A stretch of DNA of 64,000 nt from positions 4,480,422-4,544,421 of the forward strand of contig NC_092678.1 of the NCBI RefSeq assembly GCF_964355755.1, given 5' to 3'. How positions within the stretch are numbered: the stretch's first letter is position 1; the number at the start of each line of letters is the position of its first letter. This DNA comes from Antedon mediterranea. Taxonomy: Eukaryota > Animalia > Echinodermata. A program made the translations under genes and the position numbers. Shown here piece after piece: positions 24,601 to 36,800 of this stretch. Below the pieces are notes generated by a model. The model was not told the origin of the DNA. It saw only the letters and a list, made by a program, of their open reading frames with translations, and did not search any database.

Positions 24601-25115
24601 TTTTATGAAGATACTTTAGGAACGTTTAAGATGTATAAATAAATGAACTAAAAATAATGCCTTATTGTATTCAGTTTATTGAGAATGTTTTCTTTCATAA
24701 AAAAATACAACCTCAAAATTTCAACAAAAAAATGTTAACTATAGGGGGCGCTATGATTATTATGCAAATCATTTTATGAAGATAATTTAGGAACGTTTAA
24801 GATGTATAAATAATGGAACTAAAAATAATGCCTTATTATATTCAGTTTATTGAGAATGTTTTCTTTCATAAAAAAATACAACCTCAAAATTTCAACAACA
24901 AAAATGTTAACTATAGGGGCGCTATGATTATTATGCAAATCATTTTATGAAGATATTTTAGGAACGTTTAAGATGTATAAATAAATGGACTAAAAACAAT
25001 GCCTTATTGAATTCAGTTTATTGAAAATGTTTGCTGTCATAAAAAAATACAACCTCAAAATTTCAATAAAAAAATTTTAACTATAGGGGGCGCTATAATT
25101 ATTATGCAAATTAGT
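24601..25115. repeat. Three tandem 171-bp units upstream of BORCS6
   Basis: Units start at 24601, 24772 and 24943; each ends with ACTATAGGGG(G)CGCTAT...TTATGCAAAT. Confidence 0.9.
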
Positions 25116-25304
25116 ATGCAAATTTTTGTACGTACCTCATTAAAAAAAAATAGGTGGCGCCCTTGTAATTCATGTTTTGGTATCGTATTTGTTAGCGACA
25201 AATGACTGTCAGAAAATGGGTTGTTGTTAACCCAAGAATGAAAAATTAATACATAAACTCAAGTATTAGGTTTGTAAATATTTAGGAGAATATTGTGTAT
25301 CAGT

Positions 25305-27976
25305 ATGGAGAGTGATAATGCTGTTTATGATGGTGATATCGCTAAGTTGTCTAGGCCTAGCATATCTAGTGTTTGCGCTGAAGACGATAACGTCGCACGG
25401 GCCGTATGCCTGGACGTGAGTGTGGGAGATCAGACGAAAGATGACAGCTCTGGCCTAGCCTCAGGTGATGACATTAGCGATGATATAAACTATCAAGGAA
25501 GTTCTATATTGAAACATAACGAAGACAATTTAGAAAATATAACTAAAACTGTAATTCAGAATGATGTGATAAATAAAAATAAACACAAAAAAGAAGTACA
25601 AGTATTACCAACAGAACATCATAGAAAAGCTGACGATACCGATAATACTAGAAAAAGTTTGACAGAGGATTGTAATGATACTAAAATGTCATCAAATGAA
25701 AATTCACATGATAAAATAACAGAACTAACTTCAAATGAAAAAATAGCATTCGATAAACCTCATATATTAAAAGGAAATTCTCCAAAACGAGACATTGATA
25801 GGTCACATAACGTAATGCCATTTGGTCTACGTAGCAATATACGGCAAGAGTCAAAAGAAAGTGAAGACGATGACGACACACTTCCAAATGAATCCGATTC
25901 CAGTACTGATGAGAAAGAAGCGTTGACAGAACCAAGAGTTATTGACTTGGCAGGTTTTGATATTCCGGAGATGATGTCCCCGAAGTCACGCATTGACTAC
26001 ATTAATGATATGCGAAAACAGTTGGGTACATTGGTCAAGAAAGGACCTAGTATTGTTGCAACGAACCTGCTCCACGGCGTTAGTGAGCCCCCTATGGGAA
26101 GTCCTAAAGACAAACTAACGAATGACGACGTATGGGAAGTACTGACGCCATCAAGTTCGGTCTCAAGCTCAACAAGTGAACTGAAAGGTGCGACAAATCA
26201 AAAATTACATGGTACCCTAACAAGGGAAGGGGAAATGGTATCTTTTGTGGCCGATGATATTATGGAGATAATTCGCAAAAGTGCGAGTCCTATGGCATCA
26301 TCAAGGGGTAAGATGAGATATCTTGGTATATTGCTACTTGGTGTCTGCATGCTACTACCCTATGCCGCTTTTGTACTATAGTAAAGTATATATTATTTTG
26401 TATAGTTGACTTAGTATTTGTTTTTAGTGTTTTGTTAAAAATATTTTAGCTAACTTTACTTAAATATTAGTTACTTCTTGTTTGTAGTTTTCCTTTGTTC
26501 CATTTTACTTCTAATGATATTTTGATTAACAATTTACTCTATATTGCAACAATCAATTCACTCAAAACAGAATACACATTAAAAGAGACCTTTTTTAAAG
26601 CCTCAAATACTGTTTGTTTTAAAATAAACTCAAAAACTTCCAGAATATATCTGGTTTTCTATAATTGACTGCAAGTTATAATAAGTTTGTAAGTACATTT
26701 TTTCAGGTTCACCTGCAAGCTCTATGTCGGTAGCTTCTGGTCAAGACACTCCACGAATGCTGTCCAGAGCTGAATCTTTATCAAGGAATGCCATACCGCC
26801 TATAGATCCAGCTGTCATTACAGACATTGAGAAGCACTGCAAGAGGGTAGCAGATAGCCTAGACCTGATGCTTGGACACCTCATTGGAAGTATACACAAT
26901 GTTAGTGTGTTTGACTACGAACCATATGTTATGTACATTGTTGATACTAATGTTAGATTCGTATACTGTACATCTATTAGATGTGCTCTATAGTAAATTA
27001 GATATTTATCCTAGCATGCCTAACAGAGACAGTGTGAACCAGTATAATTAATCTTGGTTCTCACTACGATGCAACGCGCGCAAGGACGTACACACAATGC
27101 AGGCAACTTGACCAATCAGAATTGAACTATCTGTTGCTGCATTTGTGATTTAAATTACTTGCGTTACTGTCCTACTCGTGAGATCCAAGCTTAAGAATGT
27201 ATAATGACATTTACCGCATCCATTTGTTTTCTTTTACTTAGATGTCTGCCATAACTGTTGGCCATATTCAAACATACAAAGACGCAGCAGATAAAGTTGG
27301 ATCTACAGTTGATCAAAGCGTTAAGGTATAACACTTAGCGTTATGAATGCTTAGATCATTAAGATGAATTAAGGCGAATTTGTTTGAGCATTCGTATTCA
27401 TGTTTACATCTTCCAAATCCTTCTCTGTGCATGCATATTAACTGATGCCTTTGATTGCCTAGTGGAAGATCGGCTTAAGAAATGTTTGGTCTTTTTTCTT
27501 GGTTAGGTACTGTATTCAAATTAGTCTGTGTAGAAAGTTTTAATGTGTTTGGTTCTTTTTTTCAGGCTATGTATTCATTAATAGCAAAATGTGAACAGCT
27601 TGATAACATGATGCAACCAGTTGATGATCTTGCCAAACAAATGTATCCTTAAATGTGAAAACAACCTTTTTCATATAAATCTTATTATTATACACAGTCT
27701 GTGGTGTTGTCAATGAATTGGCACTTTTCTACAATACTGAATCCAACTAACAGTGCTATATTTTTCTATTAATTTTAACTACATTTGACTGTGTACTTAG
27801 TATTACTGTATATGCTTTATATTAACTTATCTGTTGAGCTACCAACAGCATATAGTGACGACAAACCACAACAAATACATTTATTTTTCACAATTCTTTA
27901 TATTATTTAACTTAACTTATTTTTTAGAAAAGGAATTAAAAAGTTGTTAGATGAACTAGAGTTAAAGTGCAAGTGA
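25305..27976 (+). CDS. BORCS6: BLOC-1-related complex subunit 6 (lyspersin/C17orf59-like), 5 coding exons, 468 aa
   Basis: Exons 25305-26307, 26707-26900, 27242-27325, 27566-27642, 27928-27976. Disordered N-terminus, then HGTLTREGEMVSFVADDI and a C-terminal domain IPPIDPAVITDIEKH...MSAITVGHIQTYKDA...AMYSLIAKCEQLD..MQPV..LAKQIKGIKKLLD.LE. Confidence 0.88.
27643..27927 (+). other. U12-type (minor spliceosome) GT-AG intron, last intron of BORCS6
   Basis: 5' splice site GTATCCTT; branch-like ACTTAAC ~11 nt before the AG; removal restores the frame (KQI/KGIKK). Confidence 0.8.
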
Positions 27977-28682
27977 TGAGATACAAGGTCAATGTTCATT
28001 GTCAAATATGGTGCTACTGTGCAATGGATTCATCGTCGCTGGTTGTGACTCCACTACGTGAATGATTCTTCTAATAAGACTAAAAACTAAACTGATATCA
28101 GAATGTTTTTTTCCAAAATCAGTTTCTTCCAAAACTTTGATAAAGAGGTGAACATTGTGTGAAGGAAGTGATTATTAATGTATTCTTTACCTAACAATTA
28201 ATAATGAGGATAATTTAATATAAATATCAATGATAAAATATCGGTTTGTAGTTTTAATTTGTTTAATAAAAATTGAGACCATGTGTATATATGTTTTTAA
28301 AAGAGTATAATAAACATAAAGCTATTAAGTTATTCTTTCTGCTGGTAATATCCTTCTATATTATTGTTAATAGAATTTTACTATCAATAGTCAATCACAA
28401 AATACCATGTGATTGGTAATCTAGTGAGGCCTGTTTATATTAATATAATTAAGTGGAATACTGCAATAAAATTACTTGTATACCAAAAACGCCAAAATAT
28501 GAACTTTTTATTATGCAATAACATTGCCATATATCCACATATATTGTGGTGCCAAAATCTTATAGAGCCAAATTGGCCAGTTATGTCAACAAATAAAATG
28601 GTCCAAATTTTCCGAAAAAATCCCTGTACTATAGTACAAGGATTTTTTTTGAAAATTGGCTAAAATAAAACAAGAGCGGTCA

Positions 28683-29913
28683 TTGAGGTAGCTCACATCC
28701 AACATCAGGTAGCAAGCGGCCAATTTGAGGTAGCTCACATCTAACATCAGGTAGCAAGCGGCCAATTTGAGGTAGCTCACATCCAACATCAGGTAGCAAG
28801 CGGCCAATTTGAGGTAGCCCACATTCAACATCAGGTAGCAAGCGGCCAATTTGAGGTAGCTCACATCCAACATCAGGTAGCAAGCAGCCAATTTGAGGTA
28901 GCCCACATCCAACATCAGGTAGCAAGCGGCCAATTTGAGGTAGCCCACATCCAACATCAGGTAGCAAGCGGCCAATTTGAGGTAGCTCACGTATCAGGTA
29001 GCAAGCGGCCAATTTGAGGTAGCTCACATCTAACATCAGGTAGCAAGCGGCCAATTTGAGGTAGCTCTAATCCAACATCAGGTAGCAAGCGGCCAATTTG
29101 AGGTAGCCCACATTCAACATCAGGTAGCAAGCAGCCAATTTGAGGTAGCCCACATCCAACATCAGGTAGCAAGCGGCCAATTTGAGGTAGCCCACATCCA
29201 ACATCAGGTAGCAAGCGGCCAATTTGAGGTAGCTCACATCCAACATCAGGTAACAAGCGGCCAATTTGAGGTAGCCCACATCCAACATCAGGTAGCAAGC
29301 GGCCAATTTGAGGTAGCCCACATCCAATCAGGTAGCCAGCGGCCAATTTGAGGTAGCTCACGTATCAAGTAGCAAGCGGCCAATTTGAGGTAGCTCACAT
29401 CTAACATCAGGTAGCAAGCGGCCAATTTGAGGTAGCTCAAATCCAACATCAGGTAGCAAGCGGCCAATTTGAGGTAGCCCACATTCAACATCAGGTAGCA
29501 AGCAGCCAATTTGAGGTAGCCCACATCCAACATCAGGTAGCAAGCGGCCAATTTGAGGTAGCCCACATCCAACATCAGGTAGCAAGCGGCCAAGTGAGGT
29601 AGCTCACATCCAACATCAGGTAGCAAGCGGCCAATTTGAGGTAGCCCACATCCAACCTCAGGTAGCAAGCGGCCAATTTGAGGTAGCCCACATCCAACAT
29701 CAGGTAGCAAGCGTCCAATTTGAGGTAGCTCACATCCAACAGGTAGCAAGCCACAATTTAAGGTAGCTCACATCCAACATCAGGTAGAAAGCGGCCAATT
29801 TGAGGTAGCCCACATTCAACATCAAGTAGCAAGCGGCCAATTTGAGGTAGCTCACATCCAACATCAGGTAGCAAGCGGCCAATGAGGTAGCCCACATCCA
29901 ACATCAGGTAGCA
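28683..29913. repeat. 42-bp minisatellite array, ~29-30 copies
   Basis: Unit TGAGGTAGCTCACATCCAACATCAGGTAGCAAGCGGCCAATT; inverted partial copies at ~29950-30003. Confidence 0.95.
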
Positions 29914-30820
29914 AAATTTAAAAAGGTAAATTTAATAAAAAATCAACTTCTCAAATTGGCCGCTTGCAATCATGTTAGTTAGACGTGAGCTACTTAAAAT
30001 TGGTAACGCATGTCCAACAATATGGAATTGATATGGACAGGTTAACAGAAATTGAATTGGCGGTACACGAACAGGGAACCGGAGAGAGAAAGTATTTTTT
30101 AATATTTAAAAAAAAAAAATATTCCAAAACCCAATTCCGAGTGGTATATAAATAATATAGATTTTTAGTCAAAAGTGGATAACTATTATGTGACATTAAA
30201 ATAGCATATGCAACAAAAAAAAATGTAAAAATTATTTTTCAAGGGGACAATACATCTTTAATTATTTTTTAGAAAGAAAAGGAATATAATATTATTTATG
30301 CTGTTTTGGCGTTCCATATACTTTGTTTTTGTTTTTACGCTTGAGTAGTTTCCAGGGTTCACACTAAGCACGTGCCGCTCTCGGATTTCCCCGAAAAGGA
30401 GGATTTTTCAAAGAGGTTTTAATACTAAATATAGGCCTAGTGTTGCAAAGGTAAGTATTGATATTAGCAAAACAGCGGTTTATTTAGGCCGTGTGTTTAT
30501 ATACTGTTAACTAGCTAGCTAGTAGTAAAGTAGTAGGCTAGGCTAGATGGGTGGGGAGCTAGCTAGTAGAGGCCTAGCTGGATGCACTCGTCCTACAAAG
30601 TCGACAGGAAGCCGTCGCGGTATAAACAATGAAGACGATTGGCACCAGGAATTCTACATTCATTAACTCCTATCTTTAAATAAGCTAATATTGCTAGTTT
30701 TCCACGACCATCTTCAAATTAATTAATTAAATTTCAGTATATCACCAGGCGGTTTTGAATTCATGTTCTCTGCCTGATTAGTGTATAAATTTACATATTT
30801 TGTAATCATATTTTTTGCAG

Positions 30821-33800
30821 ATGTTTTCAGCATCATCCATAAGAATTCCAAGTTGTAAGAAGATTGTGCAATTGAGTGAACGCATTGGATGTAACCTGTC
30901 GAGAGAAGAAGTGTGTCAATACCAAGAAGTGGTTGCTTCGATGTTAAAAGATGTTGATGAAATTGATGCTCTCCCAGAACCCAGCTTACCGGTCAAATAT
31001 CCACGCACCCCAGGATATAGACCAACAGAAGAGGAGAACGTTCACAGAGCATGGTACTAATATACTACTAGCTTTAAGCTCTGTCTACACTATCAAATTT
31101 TATGTGACAAAAAAGTGTGATGTGCCCATCACGATGACTTCATATTTTTTATAGTGTAGACAGAGCTTTATAGGATGGTACAAGTATTGTCTATGACTGA
31201 CTGCAAAGTATAAACTGCCAGCCTTATTAAAATAATTTATATGCTGAATAGAGGGACATCAAATTATATCCACTCAATTTATTTTTTATTTGCAACTCGG
31301 CCTAAAATCCTTTATTAACCAAATAATATTTTTTTTTGTCTCCCATCTTTTTATTTCTACTCATTACTTATAATAAAATGCCTTGTTTTAGGTATTGGAG
31401 AACCAGTATTACTGGTGCAAAGGAAGGAATTTTAAAAGGCAAAAGAGTTGCGTTGAAGGACACCATTGCTTTGGCAGGAGTACCGATGATGGCGGGGTCA
31501 TTATTGACGGAGGGTTACATTCCTGAATTTGATGCCACAGTCACTACTAGAATTTTAGATTCAGGTAAGAATATTAAATCCAATGGCAAGGTATCTGGAT
31601 ACTTAAGTAGATGGGTTAAGTACTTAAGTTCAGTACTTAAGTTCCACCTGCCAATATTTATTCAACCGTATTTCAAGAGGGTGACTCAGCAAGTGGAAGC
31701 TGATTTTGAGGGGCCCTCAACAATACAAGCGACATAGAAACATTACATGCCAATAGACGAGATATTAACTATACTGTTATTATTTCTAGGTGGTGAAATC
31801 ATTGGCAAATCCACTTGTGAAGATTGGTGTTATTCAGATTCAAGCTTCACAGCAGCCAGAGGTCCTGTTCTTAACCCCATTGATAAAACTAGAACAGCAG
31901 GAGGGTCGAGCTCAGGAAGTGCTGTGTTGGTAACAGTCTATTTAGTTCTTTAACTAAAGCTCTGTCTACACTATCAAACTAGTTTGACGAACAAAGTGTG
32001 ATGTGCCCAAACATGGTAGTAATATGTCTCTATGTCTGGATGTATTATAAATTATAGTGTTCTCCATATTTTGGCCACACTTTTTTTAAAAAGTTGCTTT
32101 TTTGTTTGATTTTTAGGTTGCCACTGGTGATGTTGATATGGCCCTAGGTGGAGATCAAGGTGGCTCTATTCGTACACCTGCTAGCTGTTGTGGTATTGTA
32201 GGCCTAAAACCAACACATGGGCTTGTACCGTATACAGGAATTCTGCCCATAGATTTCAGTCTGGATCATGTTGGACCTATGGCTAGAAAAGTGTATGATT
32301 GCGCACTGCTCCTTGAGGTAGAGCTGCTCATCCACTTGCAAGAGACCCACTTCTACATTCACTCACTTCTCCATTTATTTCTCATCAATTTTCATTAGTA
32401 TACTCTTTCACCGAAGTTAAGCAATGATCGGTTAGAGCTGTATTTGGAGCTGGGGTCACATTAGGCATTTATAATCTGCACTGCAGACTCTTATAGCTGC
32501 CCCTGTATCTAGTATCTTGAATCAACTCCTTTGTTCATTTTCATTAATATTAATGTGATATTATCTAAGGTGTAATATCTTTGCAGGCAATTGCTGGATA
32601 TGACGGAGGATTAGATCCTAGACAACCAGAGACAGTCAAAGGTCATCAATACACAAAAGAAGTAAAGCTCTTATCACTTTCAGTATTCAATATTATGCTC
32701 TGTGTACACTTTGTAATTTGCCCAAATATGGTAGTAATATGACATCACCGTGTCCATATATGGGTGCATCACATTTTTGTTGTCACATAAAGTTTGATAG
32801 TGTAGACAGAGCTTTATGCAGAAAACACAAAGAGCATATTATGTTTTATATATTTGGTTTTTCTACTAGCTAAGAGCTTCAAGCCTGAAAGGCATCAATA
32901 TAGGCATCTTGAAGGAAGGCTTCAGTCAGGAGAACTCAGATAGCAGGGTAGATGCGCTCGTTAAGAAGTCTGCATTTCAGCTTATTTCGGTTGATGCCAA
33001 GGTTCAAGAGGTGTCGGTTCCAATGCATGTTAAGGGTGATTATTTCTGATTTCTATCAATCCCTCAAATAAAGAAATATGTCATTCAATCAAAGATTGAA
33101 TTCTTGCAATTCGAAACTGAAAAGTCTGGGTGATTTTAATTTGAATCTAATACGATACTGCTAAGAAGCCTCCAATGTATTACTGATAGCTTATTTATGT
33201 TTTCAGGTAAGGCGATAACAAGTGTGCTTGGGGTACATAGTGTTGTCGACACTATGCTGCGTGGAGGATGTAAGGTTTTAAAGAAATATTCAATATTAGA
33301 TATTAGTTCATCTTCCCGTCTTAATGACCCTCCCTATGCTCACTACAACACCCCTCATCTTCCCGTCTTAATGTCCATCCCTACGGTCACCACACAATTT
33401 ACATATTGGAAGATCTTATCTGTACAATCTTACTGCCACTTAAAAAGTGCACAATTAATTTTAATGACATTGCTATCTACTTATCAGCTCTAAGCAGGGA
33501 GTTAATAACAACTCCCTGCTCTAAGTATCCATTAATTATTACATTATGGCATTGACTTTTTCACTTGGTGTGCCTTTGATCGCTCCACTTAATGTTCCTT
33601 GAACGCTCGGCTTGATTCACCTTCAACTGTTCACTCATCTTACTGTTATTATTTCATCATTTTTTGACAAATGCATTATGCTGAACATGTGACATATCAC
33701 AACGCCTTGAGTACTCTCTCAATTCATTTCTTTTGTTCACAACATGGACACTTTTTTCTTATATCAAAATACAATATCGGCATCGGTTCGAGGACGACCG

Positions 33801-36800
33801 ATTACCACCTATCTGATAGGACAGTGATTAATTTACTATTGATAAATAAATAAATAAAATAAATAGATTTTAAAATACTGTACAAAATTCATGTATGAAA
33901 AAAAGAAAAAATTGCACATTAAAAAAATCAGTTGAAATATGTTATAATACTGTATTTTATACTGAATATAATTACAGAATATAGTTTTAAAGTCATCTAT
34001 TTAAGTTTAATTCTTATTACTGTATATCTTAATTCTTAACTGTAAACAATACATAATATAAAATCAGTAAATAATCAATAACAATAACGCTATATAAATC
34101 GAACGATTGATTGATTGATTGATAACAAATTTTTTTTTTTATTTTTTTTTTTTATTGAAAAATGAAATTCTCATATAAATGAAAATTGAATTCGAATATT
34201 AAAATTACATCAGTTTGATTAACCATAGAGATATTATAGTGAACTAATATCTCTATGGATTAACAGAACATTGTGCTGTTTTATCAGAGTCCTAATAGAT
34301 ATAGTGCTCATAAGTACCTTTATCCTGTACTTAACTGTGTGTGCTTTTTTAGTAATTTACCTAATAGATATCATTGAGTACTATCTTTGTTATTATCTAT
34401 AGAGTGCATGTAATGGCTCATGCGTTCAATAATTTATATAATGTAATCTGCATCAACTACTATTTTACTCATTTGAGTCCTGTAACCGACCTATCCCTAT
34501 TTCCACCATGATTGCCACCGTGTGTTGTCATCCATTTTTATTCACAAACTATTTAATAAATTACTTATTTTGACATACATCACTTTCTTTTATTCAAATT
34601 GTCTATAAATAATACTTTCAAGCACTATATTATGTAGACCTACTACTATATCTTGAACTATTTATCAATTATTCTATAGGACAACAAACCAAGTGTTTGT
34701 ATAAAGGGTCTTTCACACCTGTTCCGACACGATTCAGGTACGGCACCGAAAAATCAAATCGAATGTAATATTTAGTTTTCAAATCACTCAACACGGCTAT
34801 GCACCCTTCGATTTGCACGTTGCCGCGTGAAAACGAAACATTGACATTACATTTGATTTGCTGGATCTGAACCATGCTGTAACAGGTGTGAAAGACCCTT
34901 AAGACATAGATACAAATACTGTAAAATGGCCAGCTTCAACTGATCAATATAATGACAGCAACTTTTAACTACATGGACACTTGCAAGCCTGGTTTATGAG
35001 TTAGCATCCACACCAAACCCCTGTTCTTTTATTATTCTATGTTAGTTGCTGGTACTGGTTACAAAGGGTTTTACCCAACAAGTTGGATTGATGCTATTGG
35101 CAGAAGTCTCCAGTCACAACCAGACGACCTTCCTCCAACTGTCAAGGTATTGTCTTTCTTTCATAAACTTGTGTGAAGTTGTAGCTTGGCTGGTTATAAA
35201 ATTTGCATTTCCAGTCCTAGGGTCATTGGTTCAAATCTTTATGGGACAAAAAAATGTGATGTGCCCATGTCCACATATGGACATGATGATGTCATATCAC
35301 TACCATATTTAAGCAAAACACTACCATATTTGGGCACACTATAGTTTGATAGTGTAGACAGAGCTTAATCTATACCATATATATTTTGTATAGTTACTGT
35401 ATTCATTATACAAATTGTTTGCTTGTAAATACATTCATTGAAAGAAAAAGAAAGCAACAAATCACTTATGGGAAGACATTAGCTAATGAGTAATTTATAC
35501 TATGTAATTAATTGCGGATAATAGAACACATTAAATCATCTTCTTGTTATTTATTAGGTTTTAAGTAGGTTATTAATTATTATGATTTATTCCTTTGTTT
35601 CATTCTAATCCTAAAAATTAAATCACTCAACATTTCAAATCTACAGGCTTGTTGGATGCTGGGTGAATACCTAAAACATGAATACAGAAATAGATATTAT
35701 GCAAAAGCACAGAACATAGCACGACATCTCACTGCCGATTTTGAGAAAACATTTGAAAAGTTTGATGTTATTGCCATGCCAACGCTTTCTTTTCTACCGC
35801 CAAAGTTGCCTTCATCTGATCTGTCAATTAAAGGTATAATGTCTTCTAGATTAGATGTCATCTCCTGTTATTGTATTGTAGTTAAAATATTATTTCCTTT
35901 AAATGATAAAAAAAATAACAAAATTAAACTACTATTAAACTTTAAAATAAAATTTAATGATAAAAAAGATTGACATTTCGGGAACCGTCATGGAACCATT
36001 GTCATGAAGAAATGAGTAAAAATTAACAAATACAAAGCACCAAAGGGTGACAGGAAATACATAAACAATTAGTAACAAAGACTGAAAAGCCTTAAAATAT
36101 AGGATCCTCCTCTCGTTAATTATTAAACTCTTTTATCCACAACATTTCATTAATTAAGCCATCAAATTTAGATTTGCACTTAGACAATGCTTGAAATAAT
36201 TGACTTAAAAATAACAAAATATTCATCAAATGACCAAACATGTAATCTTTTAATCTCTCAAACAGCTTAATAAATAAATAAATAATTCAAACTAGTATTA
36301 GTATTTAAAAGCACAAAAGTGTTGATATAAAAATATTGCATTATTTTAATTTGTAATTTTGATTATTATAATGGACTAAATTATACTACATTATATTCAT
36401 AAAACATTCATTAAAATTCATGAAAAATACATCATCTCATAAATTAAAGTACAATGATTCTAATTCTACAACAGCTTTACTAAAAAAGTACTACAATAAA
36501 TTAAATGGTATCCCATAAAGCATACAAAGATATCATATATATTGTAAGTATACAATATACATATTAATCTTTTTGTATTTTGAAAGAAACATACTTTGTG
36601 ATTTTTTAGTGAAAGAAATTCATGTATATATTATGTTGTATTTCTTTTATTCCTGTCCACCTAGGCAGCACTTGCCAGTTCTTATACTATGACGTTAATT
36701 CAAATTCCTTCACTTGCACTGATGAAGGGCTAGTGTTGCCCGAAAGCTCTGCTAACTTTTCTGGCTGTTTTACTTTATCGTTTTGATTTAGCTTTTCGCT

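Noticed and set aside
28586-29749. Repetitive ORFs (YLKLAACYLMLDV / LPQIGRLLPDVGC)
   Set aside because: Translations of the 42-bp minisatellite in several frames; broken by indels and lacking splice context.
28683-29913. let-7 seed-like TGAGGTAG in each 42-bp unit
   Set aside because: Only 8 nt match; the rest differs from let-7 and no pre-miRNA hairpin is evident.
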